Assembly (NCBI RefSeq): GCF_006345805.1
Contig: NC_043022.1
Coordinates: 19,840,001-19,904,000 of the forward strand
Direction of reading: 5' to 3'
DNA length: 64,000 nt
From: Octopus sinensis
Lineage: Eukaryota
The notes beneath the pieces were generated by a model, which saw nothing but the letters and a program-made list of their open reading frames with translations, was not told where the DNA came from and did not search any database. Positions 52,920 to 64,000 of the stretch are shown here, piece after piece; within the stretch, counting starts at the first letter, position 1; each line of letters starts with the position of its first letter. A program made the position numbers and the translations under genes.

Positions 52920-53143
52920 TTAACTCTATAGCAGTCAGATTACTCTGTTAAATGTAATGCTTATCTATTCGCATCATTTTGAATTAATCATGCATTATCT
53001 TGTAGCAAAGAGATTTTCATGATGTGATTATTTTTAGAATGACATTGTAGAATAGGCATGAGAGGCCAGATATGGCTAATTTTAACACAGAACTGGTAGA
53101 ATATTTTGGCTAGATATGGTCAGTTTGAATGCTAAAAGATTAA
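52920..53143. mobile_element. Old piggyBac-like MITE
   Basis: TTAA at both ends with degenerate TIRs (CTCTATAGCAGTCA / TGAATGCTAAAAGA). A similar design lies at 59521-59698. Confidence 0.45.
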
Positions 53144-54306
53144 GCTGTACCTTACCCACCTAATTTACCAGATTTAGCACCATCAGATTTTCTGTTATTC
53201 ACCAGTGCAAGTTTGGAAAATGCTATTGCTAATGATGGTAATTATAGTTTGAATAATTAAATATATTTATATGTTTTACGCTGATCTGAACTGATTACAG
53301 GATATACATTACTTTTCAGTACCCCTAACAATATATATATATATATATAAATAATAATAATAATAATAATAATAATTTGAGGGAATATTATTCCTAACTT
53401 ATTTGTTATTCTACCAATTATATATGTTTTATTTATTATTTCGTACATTACTTAATCATCGGTATATTATTGTTATTTTATATTTAATATTTCTATTATA
53501 TGTATGATAAAAGGTGTTTTTTTCTAATTTATATATATATATATATACACACACACACAGATAGATACACACATATAAGTATACATACATATACATATGT
53601 ATACATATTGAATATGCAAACTTAGAAACCAGATGATTTGAAATAATAATAATAATAATAATAATAAAATATCACAAGACATTTGTCAAAGGAACACACA
53701 AAAATGTTTTTGTACAAAGAGCACTGGTACCAACTGTTTCACTGCACCATGACAAAAAATAGACAAAAAAAAAGGGGAGAAAAAAAAACAATCAACAATA
53801 ATGAACAAATAAACTGAACGTGGCAAAGACTGAGGCCACAGCTTCACCAGACGAAGTTTGTGAGCAAGTATAAATGTATTTGTAAAAAAAACCAATAAAT
53901 AAAGACTCGCAAGTAAAATTTTAAGCGATGTAAAAGAGAAAAAAAAAAAACAGAAAAATATTAATGAAAAAATATACAATAGGTGAGTGAGAAAAAACAA
54001 AAAAAAAAACAATGAAAATAATAATAATTCAATAAGACTAAAACAATGTGAATTTTCTGAAATGATCTACAAAACAGAGGATTTACTAAGAAATGATATA
54101 ATAAAAGTAAGCGGCGAAGGGAGATAAATGAGGGGGGGGGACCCAGGTGAGAAAAAATAATTAAGAATGAAAGACCAGGTGGAAAAAAACAAATGAGGAG
54201 AGGGTTACAGGGTAAAATCATTTCAATGTTAATGGGTACCGTAGTAATGGCGTGAAGAAGGGTCAGGATTCTAAAATCACTTGTATTTATACTGTCAAAA
54301 GCCAAC

Positions 54307-54385
54307 CTACCTGAGACTGGTTCCGCACTTCAAGATTCTTGCTTCCAGGAGGTCTAAACTGAAACCTTCCCTCAAAATTTCAATG
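54307..54385 (-). CDS. Candidate exon
   Basis: Phase-2 ORF IEILREGFSLDLLEARILKCGTSLR*. Two in-frame AGs give exon starts at 54385 and 54358, and a GTAGGT donor overlaps the stop. Both acceptors have weak pyrimidine tracts. Confidence 0.25.
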
Positions 54386-54754
54386 CTGATATAGATTCCA
54401 ATCATCAATTTAATTTTACTAATCTTTTATTTTTGTTATTGTTTCAGCCATTAGACTGTGGCCATTCTGGGGTAACAGCCTTAAAGAATTTTTAATCTAA
54501 TGATTTGACCCCAGTGCTTATTTTAAGCCTGATACTTATTCTATCAGTCACTTTTGCTGAACAGCTAAGTTACAAGAAAGAGTAAGTTCACCATAGACAC
54601 GGTATGGTTACTCGCAACTACGTGGTTTTGGATTCAGTCCCTTTGTGCAGCAGCACTAAGGGTGTCGCCTATTATAGCCTTGGGTTCAACAAAACCTTGT
54701 AAGTGAATTTGATGGAAACTGTATGGAAGCCTATCCTATGTGTGCATGTCTGTT

Positions 54755-54799
<45 letters not shown>

Positions 54800-54825
54800 C
54801 ACACACACACATATATATATATAAA

Positions 54826-55244
54826 TAGGCACAGGAGTGGCTGTGTGGTAAGTAGCTTGCTAACCAACCACATGGTTCCGGGTTCAGTCCCACTGCGTGA
54901 CATCTTAGGCAAGTGTCTTCTGCTATAGACCCGGGCCGACCAATGCCTTGTGAGTGGATTTGGTAGACGGAAACTGAAAGAAGCCTGTCGTATATATGTA
55001 TATATATATATATATGCGTGTGTGTGTTTGTGTGTGTATGTTTGTCCCCCCAGCATTGCTTGACAACCAATGCTGGTGTGTTTATGTCTCCGTCACTTAG
55101 CGGTTTGGCAAAAAGAGACAGATAGAATAAGTACTGGGCTTACAAAGAATAAGTCCCGGGGTCGATTTGCTCGACTAAAGGCGGTGCTCCAGCATGGCCG
55201 CAGTCAAATGACTGAAACAAGTAAAAGAGAGAGAGTAAAAGAGA
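54826..55244 (+). mobile_element. SINE family A, near consensus
   Basis: Full length. Confidence 0.92.
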
Positions 55245-55267
55245 GGTATATATATATATATATATAT

Positions 55268-55567
55268 CACCACCATGATCACCATGACCGACCAGGCTAT
55301 CAGATGATGCTACACATCGCTGGTCACAATGCACTTTGCATTGTTTTAGCCTTCAAGTGACGCCACCCCACTGGCTAAGCGAGCAGGCCAACAGAAGAAA
55401 GAGTGAGAGAAAGTTGTGGCGAAAGAGTACAGCAGGGATCACCACCACCCACTGCTGGAGCCTCGTGGAGCTTTAGGTGTTTTCGCTCAATAAACACTCA
55501 GAACACCCAGTCTGGGTATCGAAACCGCGAGTCCGCTGCCCTAACTACTGGGCCATTGCGTCTCCAC
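55268..55567 (-). mobile_element. SINE family C, tail type 2
   Basis: Homologous to 46816-47125. Confidence 0.9.
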
Positions 55568-55632
55568 ATACACACATATATATATACATATATATATTAT
55601 ATATATATATATATATTATATATATATATGTA

Positions 55633-55676
<44 letters not shown>

Positions 55677-56995
55677 TAGATAGATAGATAGATAGCTAGA
55701 TACATATATATGACTTTAAATTACATCTAGTAGTGGACCCCAGGCTATAGGGATTTCTATTGTTTTGAGGAGTGTGGAACCATCTCTTAGTCATTATTGT
55801 TACGAGGTCTACACTGGCTGGCATTTTGTTCGGGGTGGATGTTATGACCCTGGTCATTTATATATGGAAACCAGTTAACCAGTCCTGTGAGTCCTGGGGC
55901 TCAGGACAGCAATGTCCAGGGACTGATGACAATATGTGTACGTACACACACATACATATCGAGGACCACCTAATCATAGTAATATGTATATCTAACTTAG
56001 GAGGTGTGTGGTTCAGTGGTAGAGTGTTGGACTCAGTTCCTAGGTTTGGTGTGTAGTGTTCTTGAGCAAAACACATTGCTCCAGTCCACTAAGCTGATTA
56101 AAATTAGTAATCCTGCAACAGGCTGGGCATCCCATTCAGCGTGAAATATATACATGCCAGAGAAACAAGGAAACCAGCCCTATGCTTCACATGGAGTAGC
56201 GTGGACTAATCATGTCTATTATATTAGTTTGAGGAAGAAGTTTGTGTGGTGTGTTAAAATAATGGGGCTTTTTTAATGTATTTTTGTGGTTCTTTTAGTT
56301 CATTATTTTAATGCAGCACACAAACTTTTTCCTCAACCTAGTAGCAGCACTCTACGGATACTTGTAACCCTTAGCATAATCCTTGGGAACAAATCATAAG
56401 GAAAGTATGATTAAAGATGAAAAAATGAAAATCAGATGCAATTTCTGATGGTAGGGGAAGAAAAAAAAACAACAAAAGAAAGAAGGAAATACAACAGGAA
56501 GTTGAAAAATAAATAAATGGTAGGTGGATGGGGAACCCTGGAAGAAATATGAGATGGTTATTATAGCAATACTGACTGAAAACAAACACATTGCAGACAT
56601 ACCGCACACATACGCACAACCACAAGGACTAACAGAAGCAAGATGGTATGGGAGAGGGGTGGGGCGATGAGAAGGAGAGGATGATAAAATGTACAGGGGA
56701 GTCAGAATAGAAATAAATATATCAGTGATAACAGTAAAAGAGTTCTCAATACTAGAGGCAGGGCTAAATTACTTATTGAGTAAAATACAATTTTAAAAAA
56801 GTCATTCCTGAGGTTTTCTTTCTCGCATAACAATTTCTGCTGCATATCATTTAACTAACAAAATCTCATTGTATTCATGAGAAGGGCACAGATTTCCTTA
56901 ATACTAGAAGTACCAACATTTACTTCCTACAAGGATCCTAGCGGTCATTTTTGACTGGCATTGAAAATCTTATTGAAAAAAATTTACGTACAAAA

Positions 56996-57036
<41 letters not shown>

Positions 57037-57244
57037 GGAGATGTACTTGCATAGCGAGTGACTTGATCTGAGATCATGTGCTGGAACGAAAACTCCGTGC
57101 TGCATCTGACAGAATTTTATCAGTGAACAGGTCGTGGTCTCAAAGCGACGAAAATATTTTGACAAATTAAATTTAAATGTTGAAGTGAATCTAACGGTTT
57201 TTGTGTTTCTTAAATGGCTTATAAACACTTTCCATGCTGCAATT

Positions 57245-57287
<43 letters not shown>

Positions 57288-60200
57288 TGTATATGTATGT
57301 ATACACACACATGTATATGAAATGATACTCATGATTGCACATTCAATACAGTCGTAGAAATTAAAAAGTAAAAAGCAAAAGTAGTCATAGACGACCACTT
57401 GGTACTTCAAGTGTTAATGGACTAACTCTCAGTTTCACCCACCACAGAAACTGATGGACCAACAGAGTATGCGTAATAAGGCATCTCAACCATTGCAGCC
57501 AAACTCTTAGTGAAGTCCTTTAGCAGACTAAGTCCCAATTTAATCAATAACAGAACTTGAGGGTTACCATTACAGCCATAAACTGTGAACTGTGACCTTT
57601 ACTGGTGACCTTTAGTAGACTGACACCAAATTTGAAACTTTGAACTATAAAAGGTCATGAAAAAGCCTAAAAGAATCTTAAACTGTGAGTATAAATGAGC
57701 ACCAAACATGGCACTTAGCTGCAGCATCTGTGTTGGCATTTATGAAACTTCACAAAACATCTGCAAGATGATATGGTGCACCACGTGCAATTACACTGCA
57801 ATGAGATACCATGTTGCTCCATGTACAATCATACAGCAATTATGATAAGATTCCATAGTGCAATACCTCACACAGATTAATTTCGTATCTGTTGAAAAGT
57901 TGACAAGTTTTAAAAAGCCCAAAAGGATTGTCAATTCTGAAATATGATGGAAAGACACAGTCGCTTTGGGCACAAACATAACAGCCATGCCGTCAACTAC
58001 AACTACAATGCCACAATAGGGGACAGCACCAAGTTAGCTACTACTCAGAAATTCTTTCCCACACTCTTCACATTTGTGAAGGGTTTAACAGCCCAAGAAG
58101 GGCCTTCGTTAATTAGTGTTTAAGGAATGAAGGTTGCATGGCTACAAAATGCAGCCTTGGTAAGGGGCAAGCTGTGGTTAGAAGCAGCTGTGGAATGACA
58201 TTTTGCAGGTATTGATTACCTATTTCAAAGGAAACATTCCAATAAGTGATTGTGTGAGGGTTGTCAGATATGTTTGTGCATGTGTATGTGTGTTTACTCA
58301 ATAAGTAATATCATAACTTTTTTTTCATATATCTACAGGAAAATATTTCAGAAGTGAATAAAGGTTACTGGAATAGGGAGAGATGAAAAGGCAAGTGACT
58401 TTGAAAGGAGGGACAGTGAAAAAAAATTAGGGGTTCTTTTTCTTCTAAGAAACAGAAATGTAACAATAGTGAGGAGAGGAAAAGAAGAGCCAGAAGAGTG
58501 GTGATGATGATGATGATGATGATGATGAGAATGATGATAATGGGTGAGGGAGGGGGAGAAGGAATGGAAATGAAAGTGTGACTAGCATTAGCAAAAATGG
58601 CACTAGAAAGAAAGCTGGGCACACAGCTCTTGGCTTGACTGTTTTTCTTTGATTGACCCTGATCCTGTAAAACCTATGATTCAAGACATTCCGACCATGA
58701 ACTATTTTAGTTATCATTTGGAACTATTGTTCCAGTGACACCTTCTTTGTTGAAGAAACTGGCATGTTTTGCCCGAGGGAGATTTTGGTGCTATTTCTAG
58801 CATGTAGAGGATCCCTCATTTGAATGTTGTTAGCAACAAAGGTTGATTTCAAAGAGGACCAAGTTGGAATGGGAAGAAAAGAAGAGAAAAGCAGACAGAT
58901 ACAGTGAGTGAGTGTGTGTGTGTGTGTGTGTGTGTGCACAAGTGAATGAATGTGGATTTGTGTTAAGTTTGCATACACAGATGTGTATGCATGTGCAAGT
59001 GTATGTATGAATGTACATGCGTGAGTGTATATAAGAGACTGTGTGTGTGAGTGTACGTGTCCATCTGTGTGTGTGAATGTGCATGAGGGAGAGAAAGAGA
59101 AGGTAGAGAATGTGTATGAGTGTGTGAGTGCATGCATGAAAGAGAGAGAGAGAGAGAGGGAATGAGTGTACATGTGAGAGTATGGCTCGACACAAAGCAA
59201 ATGACAAAACAACGTTTGCATTCAAATCACTGCCCAAGAGACCTCCAATCAAAGCTGTCCCAGTTGTGACTGGGACAGATTGTTCAGTCTTAAGACTACA
59301 CATCTTTCTGGTAATGTTTGAAAATTTGGCTGCAGTTGACCATGTCAAACATTCACTTAGAGAAGGCTAGAGAAAATGGGTATTTGTAAAGTAAGTTTGA
59401 CCCCTTTGTGTCACTCTTTTTACTGTGAGCAATTTCAGGGGGCTTGGATAACTGAGAGGATGTTGGTCTCTCTCTCTCTCTCACCAAGCTGTGTTCAACT
59501 CTAGAGATCAGATGGAGAACTTAGCCCTTTTGATCAAAATTAGAACCATCCCCCAAAATTTCATGTTGTTTTATGTTCTCAGCATCAGCTTGATAACGAA
59601 GAGGTTATTTTACTAAACTCTTCCTTATTTTCAAAATTTAGCAAAAATGAAACAAAGGTAAGGTATTGCAATGGAATTATGCTAACAAAAGGGTTAAATT
59701 CTCACAACAGCTGTTTCAGCAGCATTGTATCAATGTATTCCTAGATTACATCATGACAAAAATCCACCATCTTCAGGCAATTTTAAACAAACAAGTAGGT
59801 AAGGCAGAAGATATAAATCGACCTTCTTACCAAGCTTCATGGTGGGGAGGGAAGTATGTGTGTATGTATATATATATATACATACACACACACACAAAAA
59901 AGGGGAAAGAGAGAGAGCAATATAGTAGTGTATAATAGTGATGACATTATAACCCATTATGGATTTTTAAAGGGTGTTTTCACCACAACAGTCAAACCAA
60001 GAGCCAAGAAATATGGCAGCAAAAGGGCTTGGAAATGCTAGCTAGCAGGGAGGTAAATAAATAATAAAAAGGTACAGGTGGATTTGAGACAGTGATAGGA
60101 GCACAAAAGAACAAAGAAAAAGAAATTGTAGAGGGCAGGATATTTGAACAGTACAGAAAGTAGGAATAGGAGTAGGGCAGGGGGAATGGCATTGCTAGAG

Positions 60201-60746
60201 GCAGTGTCAGGAAAAGAAACAAAGGAAGTAATTGCCAATTAAAAAAAGGACCAACAGACAGATAGAGGTTGGCGGGAGCGGAGAGAGCAGGAAAGGAGTG
60301 TGTGGAATGGGAGTAGGTAGAAAAGAAAGAGAAAGCATCAACAGTTGTAGTTGTGTTAGAAAAAATACAGTGGCTTGCCTGTCAGTTAGTAACAACAGTC
60401 GCCGTGCATCCTTCATACAAACAGCATCAGCGTAATTCTCCTTTTTTTTTGTAGAGGAGGGAGAGATTTTTAAAAATATTTTTGTTTTTTGTTGCTGTTT
60501 TTTTGTTTTTTTTTAAAACTCTCCACCATCTTCAACTAACATTTTCCCAGGGAGCTTCGCCTACAATATAGGATTAGCAGTTGACACTTGTGTAATAAAC
60601 ACAAAAACTTTTGAGTAAAAAAAAAAATATATATATATCATATATATTTATATATATATATATATAATTAGATGAATAAATAAATTGATTAAATTAATTT
60701 TAAAAAAAGTTTCTCAACTAGCAACATTAGTACACAAAGACATATC

Positions 60747-60791
<45 letters not shown>

Positions 60792-60970
60792 GTATGTATG
60801 TATGTATGAATATATATATGACCAAAGAATTTGTCTGAAGCCTGTCAGATCATTTTTGGTGGTGGAATCAGAGAGCATCTCTTATTTCGGCAAGATGAGA
60901 TTGTAGTTTTGGCAGATGTGGATGCAGTAGATACAGACACAATGAGGCAGTCGTGCGAAAGTAAGTGCCA

Positions 60971-61012
<42 letters not shown>

Positions 61013-61260
61013 GTGTTGATCTCTGAAAGCTGACAGCTGGCTGGCCTCGGCAAGCTCACTTCTGGTTGAGTTAGAAACAGCGGAAGAAACCGGAGACAGT
61101 GAATGACAGGGGGCAAAAAAAAAACAAAAAAACAAATAAACAAAAAAAAACCGGAAGCATGTTTTCAATGTCCATCCAAAATGAGGACTCAGAAAAATAG
61201 TTCTAGCAGTTGTTGTTGTTGTAATTGCTGTTGCCGTTCTTGTGATTTCAAGAGATTAGA

Positions 61261-61297
61261 TTATGGGCTAGCCATCCAGGCGCCAATTATGGAGGAG
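61261..61297 (-). CDS. Candidate terminal exon with long UTR-like downstream region
   Basis: Strong acceptor TTCTTTGTCTCTTTTGCAG. Phase 2 gives SSIIGAWMASP*; phase 0 gives LLHNWRLDG*. Confidence 0.4.
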
Positions 61298-61888
61298 CTG
61301 CAAAAGAGACAAAGAAGAACCCAAGCCAAGAAACAGAGTTTCAAATCATCATGTTCCCTGGTACTATTTCAACAGAACTTTTTTTCAATGCTGGATTAAT
61401 AATAATAATAACAATTACAATAATGATGATGATCGCAAATTTTGGCACAAGGCCTGCAATTTCGGAGAGGAGATGAAAGTTGATTACATCAACTCCAGTG
61501 CTCAACTGATTCCTATTTTATCAACCCTGAAAGGATGAATTTAAACTCAGAATGTAAGGATGGATGAAATGCTGCCAAGCATTTTGCCTAGTGTGCTGGA
61601 AATTCTGCTAGCTGGCCACCTTGATGATGATAATAATAATAATAATAATAATAATGGTTTCAAATTTCGGTGCATGGCCAGCAACTTCAGTGAAGAGGTT
61701 AAGTTGATTACATCAACCCCAGTGCTATCCCTGAAAGGATGAAAGGTAAAGTCGACCTCACTGAAATTTGAACTCAGAACTTAGATAAAAAGCCACTCAG
61801 CAGAATTTGAATTCAGAATGTAAGGATGCATAAAATGCTATTAAGCATTTTGCCCTGTGCACTAACAATTCTGCCAGCTTGCCACCTT

Positions 61889-61921
<33 letters not shown>

Positions 61922-62149
61922 CCTTTCTACTTTAGGTACAAGGCTTGAAATTTTGGGGGAGAGGGCTAGTAGATTATCTCAACCCCAGTCCTAAACTGGT
62001 ACTTAATTTTTAGACCCCGAAAGAATGGTGAATTACCGCTAAGCATTTCGTCCAGCATGCTAACAATTCTACCAGCTCACTGCCAACAACAACAATAATA
62101 ATTCATCAACATAGCTATACCTGCAGGCCAGAATTATGTGACGACAAAA

Positions 62150-62365
62150 GACAAGTTGGGCAGGAACAAAATCTAAGATTGGAAGTGAAAAGACTCCATG
62201 GTGCCTCACAAAGCGAGTGTGGTACCTACTGTGATCAGTGCACTTGGAACCGTCTCAAAAACAGCAATATTCTGACATCAAAAGCTGCAAATACCATACT
62301 TCTTGGGAAGTATTCAGGTGACAGCAATAATTAGAATGGGTCCTGTGTTGAGAAAGGGTGTCGTG
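62150..62365 (+). mobile_element. Old R4/Dong-clade LINE 3' remnant
   Basis: LRLEVKRL..VVPTVISALGTVSK..LQIP..IQVTAII..VLRK; same motifs as 10755-11030. Confidence 0.6.
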
Positions 62366-62374
62366 TCTCTAAGC

Positions 62375-62575
62375 CAGTGGTTTTCAACCAGGGTTCCGCC
62401 AGTAGAGTCCAGGGGTTCCGCAAGAAGTTACAGAACTGCTAAAATCGGCAGTAATTTTTAATTTTCCTGTGAAGATATGTGTGCATAAGACTATTAAATT
62501 ATTGCACAGGGGTTCCCCAAGCCAGTGGAATGTTTCCTTGGGGTTCCGCTCCAGCAAAATGTTTGAAAAGCACTG
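62375..62575. mobile_element. hAT MITE
   Basis: TIRs CAGTGGTTTTCAA / TTGAAAAGCACTG and an 8-bp TSD CTCTAAGC at 62367-62374 and 62576-62583. Confidence 0.9.
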
Positions 62576-63692
62576 CTCTAAGCAGTCGAACTGAGCAGAG
62601 ATGTGACATGGATAAATCAGGAGAGGATAAGTAAATAAAAATAATATTGATAAGTACTAAAGTTGGCATAAGGCCTGAAATTGGAGGGGTGGGGTCGTAA
62701 TTGATATCATTAACTCCAGTATGTAACTGGTGTTTATTGTTTCAATACTGAAAGATGAAAGGTAAAGTCAACCTTGGCAGAATTTGAACTCAGAATTGAA
62801 GACAAATGAAATGCTGCTACTAAGCATTTTGTCTTACATCCTAATAATTCTGCCATCTCACTGCCTTAATAACAATATCAGTTTCAAAATTTAGCACAAG
62901 ACCAGCAATTACAGGGAGAAGTGGGTAAGTTGATAACACTGATCCCCAGCATTCAGCTGATGATGATTTTATAGACCCTGAAAGGATGACCAGCAAAGTT
63001 GACTTTGATGGAATTTGAACTCAGAATGAAATGATGGATAAAATTGCGACAAAGCATTTTGTCCAGCATACTAACAGTTCTGACAGCTCATAATAATAAT
63101 TCAGAAGGGGTTTTGAGCACTTCATGGCTTATTGAAATCTAAAGTTGCAGGTAGTAACCGGCTACCCACATAAATTCTACCAGAAATAAGGTCAGTTCTG
63201 AGACAATAAAAATAATAAGATATAGAGATGGAAAAAATTTGCAAGTAACAGAAAGAAAGATAGAAACTCGTTTGATCTTTTTAAAAGAAGATGAATTAAG
63301 AAGATAGACTAAGTCAAAACAAGTATTCTGACATTTTCTATATATTTGAATATCAATGAATTACTTCAACTCGTGGCTAAAATGTGAGTGTGCAAGTCAA
63401 CTTGAGTGTATGGTGGAAGATAGTTGCCAAATGCCAACAGCCAGTCACATCTAACCCAGAACATCTGGACTGAGAAGTGACTTTTTAGGAAAATGGCTGC
63501 ATGGGTAAGAAGTCTACTTCCCACTCAGATGGTTCCAGATTCAATCTAACCACATGGCACCTTGGGCAAGAGTCCTTTGCTAAAGCCCTTGGCTAACCAA
63601 AGCATTGTGGATGGATTTGGTAGGTTGAAACTAAGTCTGTTTGTGTGTGCATGAGTGAGTGTATAAATGCTTATATAAGCATATATATGTGT

Positions 63693-63943
63693 GTGGAGGC
63701 ACAATGGCCCAGTGGTTAGGGCAGCGGGCTCGCGGTCGTAGGATCGCGGTTTCAATTCCCAGACCAGGCGTTGTGAGTGTTTATTGAGCGAAAACATCTA
63801 AAGCTCCACGAGGCTCCGGCAGGGGATGGTGGCGATCCCTGCTGTACTCTTTCGCTACAACTTTTCCTCACTCTTTCTTCTGTTCGAAGCGCATTGTGAC
63901 CAGCGATGTGTAGCAACATTTGATAGCCTCCTCGATCACAGTG
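63693..63943 (+). mobile_element. SINE family C, tail type 2, internally deleted
   Basis: Head and body intact; lacks the GGCCTGCTCGCTTAGCC..CAATG block. Confidence 0.88.
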
Positions 63944-64000
63944 AAATATATATATATATATATATGAATAAAAATAAGGATAAGATCGTTAATTAAAATA

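Larger units (their letters stand above)
61430..63090 (-). mobile_element. Head-to-tail cluster of old SINE-B-like copies
   Basis: Units at 61430-62090 and 62655-63090, all on the minus strand and mostly linked by (AAT)n. Confidence 0.75.

Noticed and set aside
2487-63797. The many Y/I/H/T/C/V/M-rich ORFs in the track, e.g. 25283-26161
   Set aside because: They are translations of (TA)n, (CA)n and (TATG)n tracts or of SINE bodies.

Overview
AT-rich, microsatellite-dense eukaryotic DNA with one 100-N gap (25163-25262). The repeat content looks like an octopus or other coleoid cephalopod genome; this is inferred from recalled SINE families, not from a search. No intact protein-coding gene is recognisable, and nearly all listed ORFs are microsatellite translations. 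The window holds several tRNA-derived SINE families, LINE fragments (RTE, CR1-group, R4/Dong), Tc1/mariner/pogo remnants, MITEs (Merlin-like, hAT, mariner, piggyBac-like), a Helitron and a Helentron-type element. The most interesting signals are four. (1) Several unrelated families of short, (TA)n-embedded elements carry type-I hammerhead ribozyme motifs of the Penelope-like/retrozyme type, including an intact hammerhead inside a long inverted repeat and a family with a variant CUGUNGA core. (2) A direct-inverted-direct triplication has junctions at pre-existing short inverted repeats. (3) A 3 x ~470-bp tandem array carries a hammerhead-like core in each unit. (4) The CpG-poor right half has a series of minus-strand splice-acceptor-led short ORFs, mostly in the same phase, each followed by UTR-like sequence; these may be alternative last exons of an unidentified gene and are speculative.
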